Assembly (NCBI GenBank): GCA_012026655.1
Contig: JAAILG010000082.1
Location: forward strand, 62,001 to 126,000
Reading direction: 5' to 3'
From: Hydrolagus affinis
Taxonomy: Eukaryota
Length of the DNA stretch: 64,000 nt
Shown here: piece by piece, positions 1 through 12,130 of the stretch
How positions within the stretch are numbered: position 1 is the stretch's first letter
How the letters are laid out: the number at the start of each line of letters is the position of its first letter
Translations under genes and position numbers: made by a program
The notes under the pieces: generated by a model
What the model saw: only the letters and a program-made list of their open reading frames with translations
Told to the model about the DNA's origin: nothing
Databases searched by the model: none

Positions 1-804
1 AGTATTTCATTTGAAGCAGAAAAGGTCGGACACGTTGAATAAACAACTCTGGATGAAAGACTGGATATCTTCTTCAGCAAGGCAAAGGAAGCACACTGAC
101 AAAAGAGCTCATTGGCTTTGAAAGCTGCTTCAGACCTTACTGAAGATTTCCTCGGTGCCAATGAATGAATATAGTGAGAGCTGAGGAATGTGCAGCTGAA
201 CACTGCCCATAGTTTATGGCAATGACTAAAATCCAATCCATTCAGGTCAAAATTTATTCCAACTACATCTAACACCTTGGCCTTTCAGATATTGGAGGAT
301 GTCTCGCTAGTTCTTTTGGGAACCTCCTCCATAGATTGTCTCTGTGCAGAGGTCGTGTGCAATCAGTTTGACAAGGTTTGCTGCTCAGTTCATATTGAGA
401 GACAGAAAAGACTTTCTCCCCAGACAGGAAGTGAGTTTCTTCAACGATGAATTTGGCTCCTTTGACACAATATTCAGTACGTTAAAAAACCTCCCCCCCA
501 CCCCACCACTCTTATCAGATGCAGGACAGAATCAAGCATTATGATTGCCTGCACAATGTGAATTGGGGTGACACAGACTAACATTAATCGGCACTGTTAG
601 TTTATTTTTAAAGAATAAGAGGCGACCTTTTATTCAGTCTTTGCAGACACGTCTGAAATGACACAGGTGGAAAACTGGATACAGAAAAACTCGTATCAGA
701 CTGGTATGTGTATAAATCTGTCCGTCCTGTTGAATTTCCTATAACTTTGGCAAGTTTCATATAACTCATACTTTGTATGTCATATTAAATGTATGATACG
801 ACGT

Positions 805-859
805 ACAACAACAACAAAATTACATTTGTGTAGTGCCTTTTACGTCCCAAGGCGCTGAA
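805..859 (-). mobile_element. L2-type 3' tail mini-element (internally deleted)
   Basis: Reverse complement: ttcagcgccttgggacg..aaaggcact..acaaatgtaattttgttgttgttgt. Confidence 0.65.
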
Positions 860-1300
860 GGTTTAGTGTACCAGATGCTGGCGAAAATGGTCATTGGCCA
901 ACATCCAGTTTTCTTATGGTGGGAGAGCATGCTCCCAGGTCTCCAGTAATGCTTCCCTGAGCAGTGCACATGGGATAGGGAGGATTGCACACATGGATGA
1001 TAGGCTGGAGTTAGTGAATGCTACATCTCGTAATGCACTGAAATAAAAGCTCAGGATCACAGCAGCTGTGGTTTGAGGTGCAGCCAGGGCACCTGGGGCC
1101 TGTTTCTGACTGTGAAAGATTCTATTCAGATGGCATAGATACCGGTCGAGGCAGATTAGTACTATAATTGTAAAGAGGAATTTGAAAACTTGGTACTTAG
1201 AGAGAGTGAGAGTATGTAGTATGAGTTGAAGCAACTTATCTGCCTAGTTTTAATAGCGGTTGCATTAGTGTTCCTCAGTATCAAATTAATGTTGACTCAA

Positions 1301-1460
1301 TTGGTCACCCAATCCACCGTTGTGTGCAATTGGCTGCCACATTTCGCCCACAAAATTGTCAATCGATTTTACAATACATTCTGTGAAGCGCATTGAGACA
1401 TCTCAATGACATGATAAGGCTCTATACCACATGCAAGGATTATTTATTATTATTATTATT
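1301..1460 (+). mobile_element. 5'-truncated tRNA/Deu SINE (3' half)
   Basis: tgtgtgcaattggctgcc core, tgtgaagcg..gagac..aaggc tail and (ATT)n end shared with full copies. Confidence 0.85.
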
Positions 1461-2344
1461 ACAACACATGAAACAGCACAACATGGGAGTGTACCACAAA
1501 TGTACAAACATCAAGCAAAGCGAGAAGCCGGGAGATTGACCCTCGAGGCGATCACTTACATTTTCTGCGCTCCCCGATATTTTATTACGTTTGAAAACAC
1601 CTGGTTTCTTGCCCCCAACCACTAACACCCTCCCGCCACCCCAGATACAAATGTATTTAAAGAAAGTAATTTCTTACTGTTCCTAATAGAAACTGCAGTG
1701 GAGATGGGCTTTTTTTCTTTCGAAACAGGCAATGAGGCCCCGCATTTCAATCATGACATTCAAACCAGCGAGCGAGATTGTGCCACAGATTCATATTGCC
1801 GAGACACTAAGCTTCATTTCACAGTGGGTTACAGGGAAATAGCATATGCTGAACATATTATACTGCGGGAGCGTATCAAAGAGTTCAGATAAGGTCATAA
1901 AACATGAGCAGTTTATCAATATCATCTGAAACCCACGAGATGTGCTACCGCCTTGAAACATATCCCTACGTATTCATTTATGTTTTATAATACATAAAGA
2001 TGATTGAAATACTTACCGGAGGCAGAAATTGGGAAACAAGAGATAACTGAGCTCAAGAGTTATTACGGAATCTGCAAAATACAGCATGAACCATATAATA
2101 GTGATACCAGGCTTTACGCGATAGAGGAAATGTCATCCTCGGTACATCTTGTCTGCAATAGAGTGAAGACCCGTGCGTCCCCATGTTTAAACAACTCAAT
2201 AAAACTGGACCGCGCTGGTGTATTAAAGTGGTGATTGTCATTCATTTGCTTACCCTGCCGAGGCTTGGAACACAAATACATTGAATGCAGACCGAGAGCA
2301 TTCAAGACACTGCAGTTCAGTTGATATTAAAAGAATAAAAAAGA

Positions 2345-2590
2345 ATGGCAAAAGAACCGGAGGGGAAATGAGGAGATTTTTTTTTACGATTAACAGTAAA
2401 CAACTGTTAATATGAAAGAATGGTGCAAGCAGATTCAATAATAACTTTCAAAAGGGAATTGAAAAACACACTTGAAAAGCAAAAAATTGCAAGGTGGAGA
2501 AAACGCAGGAGAGTGGGACTAATGCTCTTTCAAAGAGCAGGCACAGGCACAATGGGCCGAATGGCCTCCTTCTGTGCTATAGGATTCTAA
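2345..2590 (+). mobile_element. CR1-clade LINE 3' end fragment
   Basis: Ends in atgggccgaatggcctccttctgtgct..gattcta, typical of CR1 tails; similar to 33014-33180 (-) and 36085-36210 (+). Confidence 0.75.
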
Positions 2591-3210
2591 GCATTATCAT
2601 CCTCTACACAACAGAAACACCCAAAGCACAGATACAGGCAAAACAAGTAATGAGAATGTTAACCACAACACCTCCAGTAAATCTAATTTGAAAAAAACTC
2701 CTGCATATAAGATTTCAGTTCACACACTGTGATCCTCAAAATTCCATAGTATCGCAATTATAATTAACAGTAAATGATACATTTGACCTAGAGCCTTTCA
2801 GACAGGAAGTGACTCACCATCCGTAATGAAATGTTTTTCTTTGGCTGGAAAAAGTTCACATCGGAGAACACTCGTCCGAGGTTACGGTAAAGGTCTGATC
2901 GATGTCCGGGCTGAGTTTGCAGAGACCCTTATTCTCCGCAACCGCTTAAACTATAATCTAACCTAGACCCTGCAGCAGCCTCCCTAACATCAACCAGTAC
3001 AAAATATACCCAGATTTATATATAATTAGTTGGTTGATGAACATTTATATACTGTGTATAAAAAATGAGTAAACTTCGATATTCAACCCTGACCTAGGTA
3101 GTAAGTCTTGAGACAGACCTTGAACAATGGGAAGGAGGGACAGACAAATGGATTGTTTGATCAATTCCAGGTGGTTTTTTCAGAGAGCTGGGGCAGGTAG
3201 GCTGAAAGTG

Positions 3211-3400
3211 AACGCAAAATACTGAATCTGAAACAAAAACAAATCACTGGGAGCACTCGGGAGGTCAGGCAGCATCTATAGAGAAAGGAAAGTGTGTCAA
3301 CGTTTCGTCAGCACTCACGAAGGATCATGGACCCGAAACAATGATGCAGTTTCCTTTCTCCATAGATGCTGTCTGACCTGCTGAGTGATTTGTGTTTTTG
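3211..3400. mobile_element. Palindromic element, probably derived from a Penelope-like retroelement terminus
   Basis: Arms aggtcaggcagcatctatagagaaaggaaa and tttcctttctccatagatgctgtctgacct are inverted repeats. The centre has a hammerhead-like core. A second copy lies at 59917-60146. Confidence 0.65.
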
Positions 3401-3984
3401 CTACAATGTGAAGTTGGCTCCAGTATAAAGTGAAGTGGTTAAACAGGTCTTTAATAAGCCCACTTCTAACATGCTTCATGTAGGCAGCAAAGTGTATATT
3501 TTAATAAAACAGAACGAGTGAAGGAGAACTAAACAATGGTTCATAATAAAATTTAACCTTTTAAAATTGACAAGCCACTAATTTATCCACGCCTGGCTGC
3601 AGTTTTTACAGGCAAGCTATATATTGATTCAGCCTTCGTATTAAATACTTCTACTCAGTTAGCCCACGCTATGGATTTTAGCTTGTCGTTCATGCAGACA
3701 GTTGCTCTGCCTGGACTATCAGATGATGAGTATACTAAATAAATTCTGAATGACTACCTCTTCCCCATTGTAGTCCAGTTTAGTCCCATCAAGTGTTTTT
3801 CTCCATTACCATTTTAATTATCAAGTGTGAAAGGGATGAAGTATAAGGAATGAATAGATAAAATTGACTCTTGAAAACATTAAAAAGAAGCATCTCAGTA
3901 AAGACCGTAAAATCTTGATATATACTGGCTGTGAAAGTAAACTCAGATGCCCTAAAATAGGAGGACCACAGATTCAATACAAAA

Positions 3985-4290
3985 ACATTACAATACAAAA
4001 TTATATTTATATAGAGCCTTTCACATCGAGAGGATTCAGGGTTTTGGAGGCAATTTCAGGGCAGACAGCAGAAATATATTTCTTTACACAAAGGTTAACT
4101 AGCAACTGGAACAGCATTCCTGGGAAACTGATCTGAATCCGGAGATATTAAATTTATTTAAGTAACAACTCCATGCTGTAATGGTTAGACAGTAGGGTAG
4201 AAGACAATTGGGTGAGTAGGTAACCTGGAAGGATACTTCAAATGGTCCAAAGGGTTTTCTTCATTCAAAGCCTCTTGTGATACTCAAAAA
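3985..4290. mobile_element. L2-type tail (-) abutting an old CR1 3' fragment (+)
   Basis: aaaattatatttatatagagcctttcacatc followed by ttctttacacaaaggtta..actggaacagcattcctggg (CR1 ORF2 C-terminal FFTQR..WNS.P motif, visible in ORF 3864..4136). Confidence 0.6.
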
Positions 4291-4835
4291 AGAGAAATAT
4301 GTATACTATTTTCTCCTTTTATTTGGAAGAAAGTGACTGTATATTTTATAACATAGCCCTGCAAATAAAAGAACACCAGAAGGTAGATTTGCCAGAACAG
4401 ATAGTACTGTAATAAGAATAATGCACAAATGGAAAAACACAAATACATAACTGTGCAGAATGTAATTGCAGTGAGTAATCTCCAGTTTATTTAGTAGCTC
4501 TATATGTGCAGGTGAGAAGTATCTGTACACTGAAAACTTGATGCACTTCATTGAAATTGCCTCCAAATCACTCAATATCTAAAGTAGTTTTTGTTCAACA
4601 CCAAACCCCCCCCAAAAAGCTGTTTTCATCATCTGAAATATTCTTCATTAGGTTTGTTCCATTTGGCGTTTTGACAAAATACACCCACTCTGTCTTGTGG
4701 TACTTCCAAAAGCTTTCACTCCTCCTATAAAGTTATACCCTAATGTTGCCCTGTTTACAGAAACAGCACGAATTCATGAGAATATTCAGAGGACTCGGTT
4801 GCCTCTGATCAGATGCTATTGGAAATTGCTGGTTT

Positions 4836-4848
4836 GTTGCCTAGCAAC
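4836..4848. promoter_or_regulatory. RFX X-box motif
   Basis: GTTGCCTAGCAAC, a match to the quasi-palindromic RFX consensus; motif evidence only. Confidence 0.45.
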
Positions 4849-6339
4849 TACAAGATTCCAACAAAGCACTGAGCTAAGAGTTTGAGAAAATAGCCCATTA
4901 TCCCAAGAGGATAATGGTTAAGAAAATCAAGTGTTTTTGGTGGGGGGGTTGTTTAAAGTTGTGCATTTTGATAATGGATGGTGTACTTCCATTGATCATT
5001 TGAAACTCACTTTGTAAATTAAATTTTCCACAGCTTTAAACAACTCGAACTATAGTTAGTGAGCTGGCTTCTCCTCTCCCTCGCTGACTCTCCATCAGCC
5101 CTGGAAAGTAAGAGAGCAGATGATTGCTGACCACCTGAACAGTTCCCGCCTTTGCACCCGGTGACAAAGGTGACTAGGCGAACTGGTCTCGAACCTTGCG
5201 TCAAGAAAAACAAACTAGATGCTATTGCGACGTTGAGGAGAGGAATTTTGTCGGAGCAAAGTAGCTTCCATCTGGTAGCCTGCTACTGGAGTAATTTACA
5301 TCCACATTGATTCAGAAATGTGACCCAGAAGGAGGGTGAAAAGGCAGAGGGTGGGGTGGAGAAAGAGAGGGAGAGTACATATGAAGATACACTATATCAA
5401 TCAACCACAGTATTATGATTGAACAAGATCAGAGTCTGACCACTGACCGAGGTCGGGGAAGGTAAGGGAGACAGAATGTAGAGGCATGTTGGAGATGGGA
5501 CTGAATTAAACATCTTGAAATACATCCACAGAGTGGTGTACCTGATTTCCTTATGGAATCAGAACACACTCCACCTGTGAGAGGAGCTGATCAAATGGCA
5601 AATGTAACGCAAAGTTGAAAAATCTCTTTCTGTCTCATTGTGCAGTTGGTGAAACCACTTGGGCAAGAAACTTTGTGAAACAACAACTTTGTCCCAAATG
5701 CTGCAAATAGTTGTTATCTCACTGCTCTGTCTCACTGCATTCTGCAATTGCCTCAGTTGACAATCTGGTGATGATATTTATGTTCTAAGACTGCTGAACA
5801 AACATGGATGACACTGTGTACAGTGGGCTGAATGCTCGGATGTCAAACAGCACTCAGGCTTTTGCTGTTGCAGATCAATCACAGTCCTGCTATTTACTTT
5901 TTGTGTCATTCTTCTGCCTGACATTTGGCAAAACACACACTCTCTCTGTACGTACCAGCATCACAGTTCACCATCCTTGCAACCCTCTATTCCCTAATGA
6001 CTGTCTAATAGCGATCTATTAATAACAAAAGCACAAACAAAACGAAAATTAAAAATCATCAGCGTGATGGATACATTTTATTTAAATTCTTGAATACCAA
6101 TATATAACCACACCATTCATCTTCTTTGGCTAGGAATGAATGCTTCCATTCCTGGCTGTTCAAATTTCATTCAATAAAAGGATGAGGTGCCTACTGCAAA
6201 CAGAGCAGGTTAAAACTCAGCAATTTCAGTGTTTATTTTAATAATAAGAGTTACCAGCAGCAGCATAATTAGGAACACGATTCCATGCAGCCTGTTAACT
6301 GTGGAGGGAGCACAGTCTCTTCTATGTTTCAATTTGCTT

Positions 6340-6712
6340 TCAGCCTGACCCAGATGGTAGCTCTCTCACTTATTAGTCAGGAGATTGTGGGTTCAGGTCC
6401 CAGTTTAGGACTTGGAATTACATCGTCTAAGCTGACATCCAATGCAGTGCTGGCGGGTGTTGTATTGTCAGACGTGCCGTCCTTTAGATGAGACGTTAAA
6501 CCGCGGTCCCTGTTCAGGAGATGTTAAAGACTCTTTGAAGGAACAAAGGAGTTTCTCCCAGTATTCTGGCCAACATATCCTCCAAATAAAATTGCTCACT
6601 CAGCCCACGACTGTTTGTGGGACATTACTGTTGTGTTTTGGCTTCAAAATGAACGGTCAATTCACTATGCAGTACATTCCGTGAAGTAATTTGAGACGAC
6701 TCAATGACATGA
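6340..6712 (+). mobile_element. Older Deu-domain SINE (SacSINE1/AmnSINE-like)
   Basis: tgccgtcctttagatgagacgttaaaccgcggtcc..gatgttaaaga Deu-like core plus L2-type tail; related to 38135-38530 and 59283-59525. Confidence 0.7.
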
Positions 6713-6727
6713 ATCATTGTGGAGTCC

Positions 6728-6790
6728 CAGCGCCTTGGGACGTCCTCCTGACGTGAAAGGCGTTATACGAGTGTAATTTTTGTTGTTGTA
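6728..6790 (+). mobile_element. L2-type 3' tail mini-element
   Basis: cagcgccttgggacgtcctcctgacgtgaaaggcgttatacgagtgtaatttttgttgttgt. Confidence 0.75.
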
Positions 6791-6799
6791 GTTAAAGCA

Positions 6800-7136
6800 C
6801 TCAGTGGTTAAAGCACTCGCCTCGCAAGCGAGAGACATGGGTGTGAATCCTGGCAGGTCAGGCAAGTTTTCTTACTCCACATGTCTGATAGTAATCTCTC
6901 AAGAAAAGAAAACAATAACAATTTGGTAACTCAATCCACAACTGCGTATGAGACGCTGCTATGCGCAATTGGCTGCCGCATTCGCCCACAAAATGTACGA
7001 ACAATTCACTTTACAGTATATTCCGCGAAGCGCTTTGAGATGTCTGGAACACATGAAAACTGCTATATCGAATGCAGAGATTATTATTATTATGATAAGG
7101 AGCTTTCTCAAATGCAAGGGCTATTATTATTATTAT
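6800..7136 (+). mobile_element. Near full-length tRNA/Deu SINE with duplicated tail
   Basis: ctcagtggttaaagcactcgcctcgcaagcgag head, Deu core, (ATT)n end, then a second aaatgcaagg..(ATT)n tail. Confidence 0.88.
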
Positions 7137-10100
7137 ATCAGCAACACTTACTCCCAAGCTGCGCTAGTTCCAAGGAAAAACAAAAACTAAAGTCGCAGGT
7201 TGGTTATACTCTGCTTTTCCTACAACACTGTTAATTTTTAATTCAACTCCAAACTACCCCTGCATGGTTTGTATTGGTAAATTGTTCCATTCGTGAATTT
7301 AAAAAAAAGGTCAGGTGAACTACTCTTTTTCCAAAACCTTTAAAAGCTTTGCACTTTGATCCAATGATAGTTGTACTTTGACAAGGAAACGTTATGTCGC
7401 TTGTTCGATAGACATTTGTCCAGGCAATGGAGCTCTGGGTACACTGGGTACAGTGGAAGAACATAAATCTAGGTCACAGTTCACACTGCAAACTGATTAA
7501 TTCATGGCCTTCTTATCTGAATAATAGATTAAAGTGCTGTGGATAATTGATCATTGGCCCTTAAGAAGAAATATCATCAAACAAATGGAATGTGTAGCAA
7601 AAATTGTTTCCCACGTAATACGCATTCAACAGAGAAGAACATCACATTCCTGACACCTTTTCATCATTCAGAATATTGTCTTATTGAATGTAAACTAACA
7701 TTCTGACAAGCTGGTCTGACAAATGAAGACAAGGACTCAAAAGCTGTGCTGGGACAGAATGGAAAAGTCCAAAAGAATAACGAAGAGCTAGTAGGTGAAT
7801 CCAGACTTTTAAGCTTCAATGCTCATCCTAGCATGAAGAGTTAGGGATTGATTTACTGCGAAATGTATTGAACTTGCTGAACACTTGGCAATCAATACAG
7901 GCTGTACAATAGTCTACATTATAAATACCTTCCCCCAAATTTCAACTCTCCTGGGTAACCATATCAAAAATAGCTTAATGGATTCTTCTCAACCTCCGTA
8001 ACCACACCCCCCGCTCTACACTTTGATGGTAATGATGATTTCTCATAATTGTGGAAGTAATTCTGCCAATGCAGGTTTACACTCTAGTTTCTTACACTGT
8101 CATTATTTCTAAAGTAAACTATAAGTCTTTGCTTGCAAGTCTCTGCGTGTGCAAGATAGTATGGTGGCGAGTTCACCTAAAAACTTGATTTAACTGTAAT
8201 TTCACTGTAAAAAAAAGGCCTAAGATACGAGAAAGGTGCTGTATTTTGAACCACCAGAGCAGACAGTCATTAGCTCGTGATGAGTTGCTGCAGTTGATAT
8301 GACATTTTACATGTTCGGGGCTGGTGCTCAAGTATTACTGGATGTACCCAAGTTTCTGCAGAAGCACAATTGGATTAATGCATCCTCAGTGAAAGTGCAG
8401 TGTGGTTCCATTGATTTACTCTTGTTATGCAAAGAGTGGGCGTTCTTTTCGGAAAAAGCTATTCACAGCACATTACGGACAGAAGGGAGGTTACTGCAGA
8501 GATTCCCGGAGCGTTGACCTTCAATGTCTTGAGCAATTGAGCTCTTTTTCTGTCTATTGACATTTTCAAACCTCCACTGTCATCAATTTGAGAATGTAAT
8601 ATTTTACAAAATGTTGCTCTGCAGCCAGTCCTTGTACATAAAAGTGCACAGTTATCAAAGATTCAGATTACTTCACAACTCGCGCAGGACACTCGTGTGT
8701 TTTCAACATTATTGTATCAGCTGGCTGAATCTGTAAGGTTCTTTACCAATTTGCTTAGCATCCTTACCCTCCCAAGTGGAATTGCAACTCATTTCTTCAA
8801 CCGCTGAACCATAGGATCTTGACACCACAAGCTCCCCCAAGGTAATAATTCCGTGGGGTAAAATGCAATCACTTTAGATCAAGATATGGAAAGGACAGGC
8901 TGTGACTTCCTGTGATAATATGGAGAAACTCAGAGAAGCAATCTTGTGGCTTAGATGTGTAATATTTGATTTGTCTACAAATCCATTCATTATTCAGCGT
9001 TTCATAAAGCAAACTATATTATAACCTGCCTCATCTGTATCAGTGGACAGCAGAATGGGAATGGATTACTCTGCATGATTGGATGGTGATGTGATCAGGG
9101 TAAAGGCGACAGATTAGTTTAAATGATAATGCCAGGAATCGCTCAAGGTTTTGATGATCTAGAATTGATCTGTTTACTATCTTATAGAACCGAATTTAGA
9201 GTAAAAAAACGATTTCATTTGTACGTCCTTGAAATTTATCATAAGGAATTTCCTCAACAGGACGGAAAACAGCATTTATCTCATAGTGCTTAATTCCCTC
9301 AAAATATTAGACTAACACATGCCAGAGACAATTTCCACGGAAGTGATAGAATGAGCCTCATCAGAAAGGCGTGATCACCCAATGCTGAACAATAGGCCCA
9401 CATTGCAATATTTTGCAATTCCTCCTTCAGTGACTGAAGTGACACAAACCATTTCTGCTACCCGTTGCCACATCTGCTCCTTTGCACAGGTTATGAAATT
9501 AAATTCTAGTCTTTCCAGATGGTATTTGTTCACTGTAAATTACCTAATATTTACAATTACAGGTTGTGGCATTTGCTGACTCACTGGAGGGCACAACACA
9601 TGTCATTACAGATGTATCTTTACTCTGCAGGGGTGTAAACTACCGTATTGTGAAACTGGGCAGGATGGTAAATTTGGAGGCAAGACATGGAACATGTGCT
9701 GGAAATTGCGACCTTTTCTAACGTGAGCACTGACGAATTGGAAATACTTCAGATCTGGATTGAATGCACTTTTGAATTTACCAGGTGTGGATCCATCAAT
9801 TTCGAGTCCAATCCTTTATCAATCACCCAATTTCATTTAGAGGTCTTTGCCACCCAAGTCTTCACTGTGTTAAGATTCTCTCAATCCTGAGCTTTGCACA
9901 CAGTGAATCACAGGAATGTGAAAGGCCTATAGCCCTTAATTAAATAAATCCATTAAATACACACTGGGCACTTCCCAAGAATTTACAAATAAAACCTCTG
10001 CAGAACGCAGATAGAAGCAAGTTTAAATACACTTTTACCAGCCAAGAATTTTAAAGCCACAATCACAGTCCTTAGGATACAAAACTTTTACATTTTTGTT

Positions 10101-11954
10101 AAACTTCATCAAAGCAGACCATTTCTTTTATGCCCTTTTTTAAAAAAATTACTTAGTCAATGGGTTAAACAAATGACTCCATTACCTTTTCTAACCTGCA
10201 ATCATTTGTTGTCATTGGCTAACGATAATACAGTATATGTAGTGCAGAACATAATCACAGTTTTTAAAGGGAGCCCTGTTGCTTTGGTGAATTAAGACAT
10301 TCTAGCATCCTGTGCACAGGAGAGCAAACACACTGCAGAGGGAGTTTATGTTTCATCGATAGCTGACAATTTACACTGGTTTGCATCTTTACACAAGAAT
10401 TTCCTTTGACTTTGTAAACATGGATTCAAGATCACTGCTTTCAGTGATTATCTTGAGATGGACTCCAATGATACCAGCATCACCATTCATTAACTCAATT
10501 GTTCAAATAAGTAGTGTAGCGGTAACTCTGTTGGGAATTTTGTATTTTACCTCCTGCCATCGAATTGGAAAACATTGCACTATTGAAACCCCGTTTGCAG
10601 CATCTCTTTTTGATATTTCCCTAAACTATTGCCTGCCATAATTCACCAATATAAATTAGTGTTCCTTTCAAAATCAACTATGGTGAATTTAACTATATGA
10701 CTGACAACATCCACCCACTATCCTGATTGCTCAACTGGCTCATTTGCTAGTGTCATACTTTTCAGTTCCACTATCCACTTAGAAGGAAGAAATATGGACG
10801 TTCGGGCCTTGGTTATGAAAGTCTTAGCCTTTCTAATTTACTTAATTTTTGTTATTAAACAAGTTGGCCAGTATTGTAGTTTAATGACCTGAGGGGATAC
10901 AAGATAATGGTAAATTATGGTTAATTATGGCCAAATTATGGATATCAAGGTAGAAATACAAACATTCCTAACTAGATTAATTGGCAGAAACTCCTGTTAA
11001 TAATTGAGACATTAAGTGTTTTAATAGACTCAGGTGTTTGAAAGATTAGTTACATGATATTTTTCTTACACTTGTGGATATGCTGGGCCCACCTAGGCAG
11101 TATATTAGGGTAAGAAAGACCTTCATCCAAAACTTGCAAACAAATCACAACCCTGAGCAAGTACTGGAGAATCACAGCCAAATATCCCCTCTTTACAAAG
11201 TAACAGGAGAAAGAAGACTGTATAGGTGAACGGCAGATCTATGTTGTGTGCACTTCAACGATGACTCCGGATTCAAGTGTAAGAATAATAATTCAAAATA
11301 TAAACCTGTCAGATCCATCATTTGCTATCAATGAATTGGAAGTTACTAGCATAACCTGGCAAATCTAAAGCAACAGAAAGCCTAATTGCAAATGCAAAAT
11401 TAAAGTATTCCTGCCACGCGGACAAAGATATCAAAAACAAGCTTTAATTAATATTAACATAAGGGGCTGCAGAGCTCCATGCGCATCGCTGGTGCCTCCC
11501 ACTGCACTAGAAAGGTCAACTGATACAAGTTACATGACCAGAGTGAGCACATCAAGATACAAACGTACATGGAGCACTTTTGACAAGAGTTAGTTAGCTG
11601 CCTTGGGTTCTGACGAGTATAATAAATGAGTTTGCCTTAACGTTTTAAAATTAATTATAGGCTCACCGAGAAGCACAGATAAGATGACCTTTATACTGGG
11701 GTTGCTCTCAGCCTGAAAACATCTCTTCCCCGCGCATGGCTCTGTCTGCGCTTTCTAATAACAACACCGTTCTTCACGTTTCTTCGGTGTGTAGGAGAAA
11801 AAATAAAATAAAAATTAAAGCTGTACTCCAAAGCCAACACATGCAGGCCTCAAACAGTTTAAATCCAGCACCAAACACAGTACATTTTAATAATAGTACA
11901 AGTACTTAAAGCCCAGGCAAGAGATACCACCTCCAATGCCTCAATTTGGCAAAG

Positions 11955-12130
11955 AAACATGTTTATATAGCGCCTTTCAGTCAGGCGGACATCTCAAAAA
12001 TGCCTCACCTAGCTAACCACAAACTCAATCTAGGAGGAAGGGGGAAACCTAAAAGATAGATAGCAGAAGGAAAGTGGAGGGACTCAGGGATTGCAGAGCG
12101 CGGGGCAGTATTGCTAAAAGAACACCTACC
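11955..12130 (-). mobile_element. L2-type 3' end fragment
   Basis: tttatatagcgcctttca..ggacatctcaaaa tail followed by purine-rich sequence resembling the L2 fragment at 28770-29010. Confidence 0.5.

Noticed and set aside
421-2812. Exact 14-mer CAGACAGGAAGTGA at 421-434 and 2799-2812
   Set aside because: Several 14-mer coincidences are expected by chance in 64 kb, and the flanks do not align.
3722-3749. C/D box-like ATGATGA...CTGA
   Set aside because: Far too short for a snoRNA and no terminal stem.
9725-9750. CTGACGA..GAAA as a hammerhead core
   Set aside because: Only 4 nt between the boxes, with no stem II or flanking stems.
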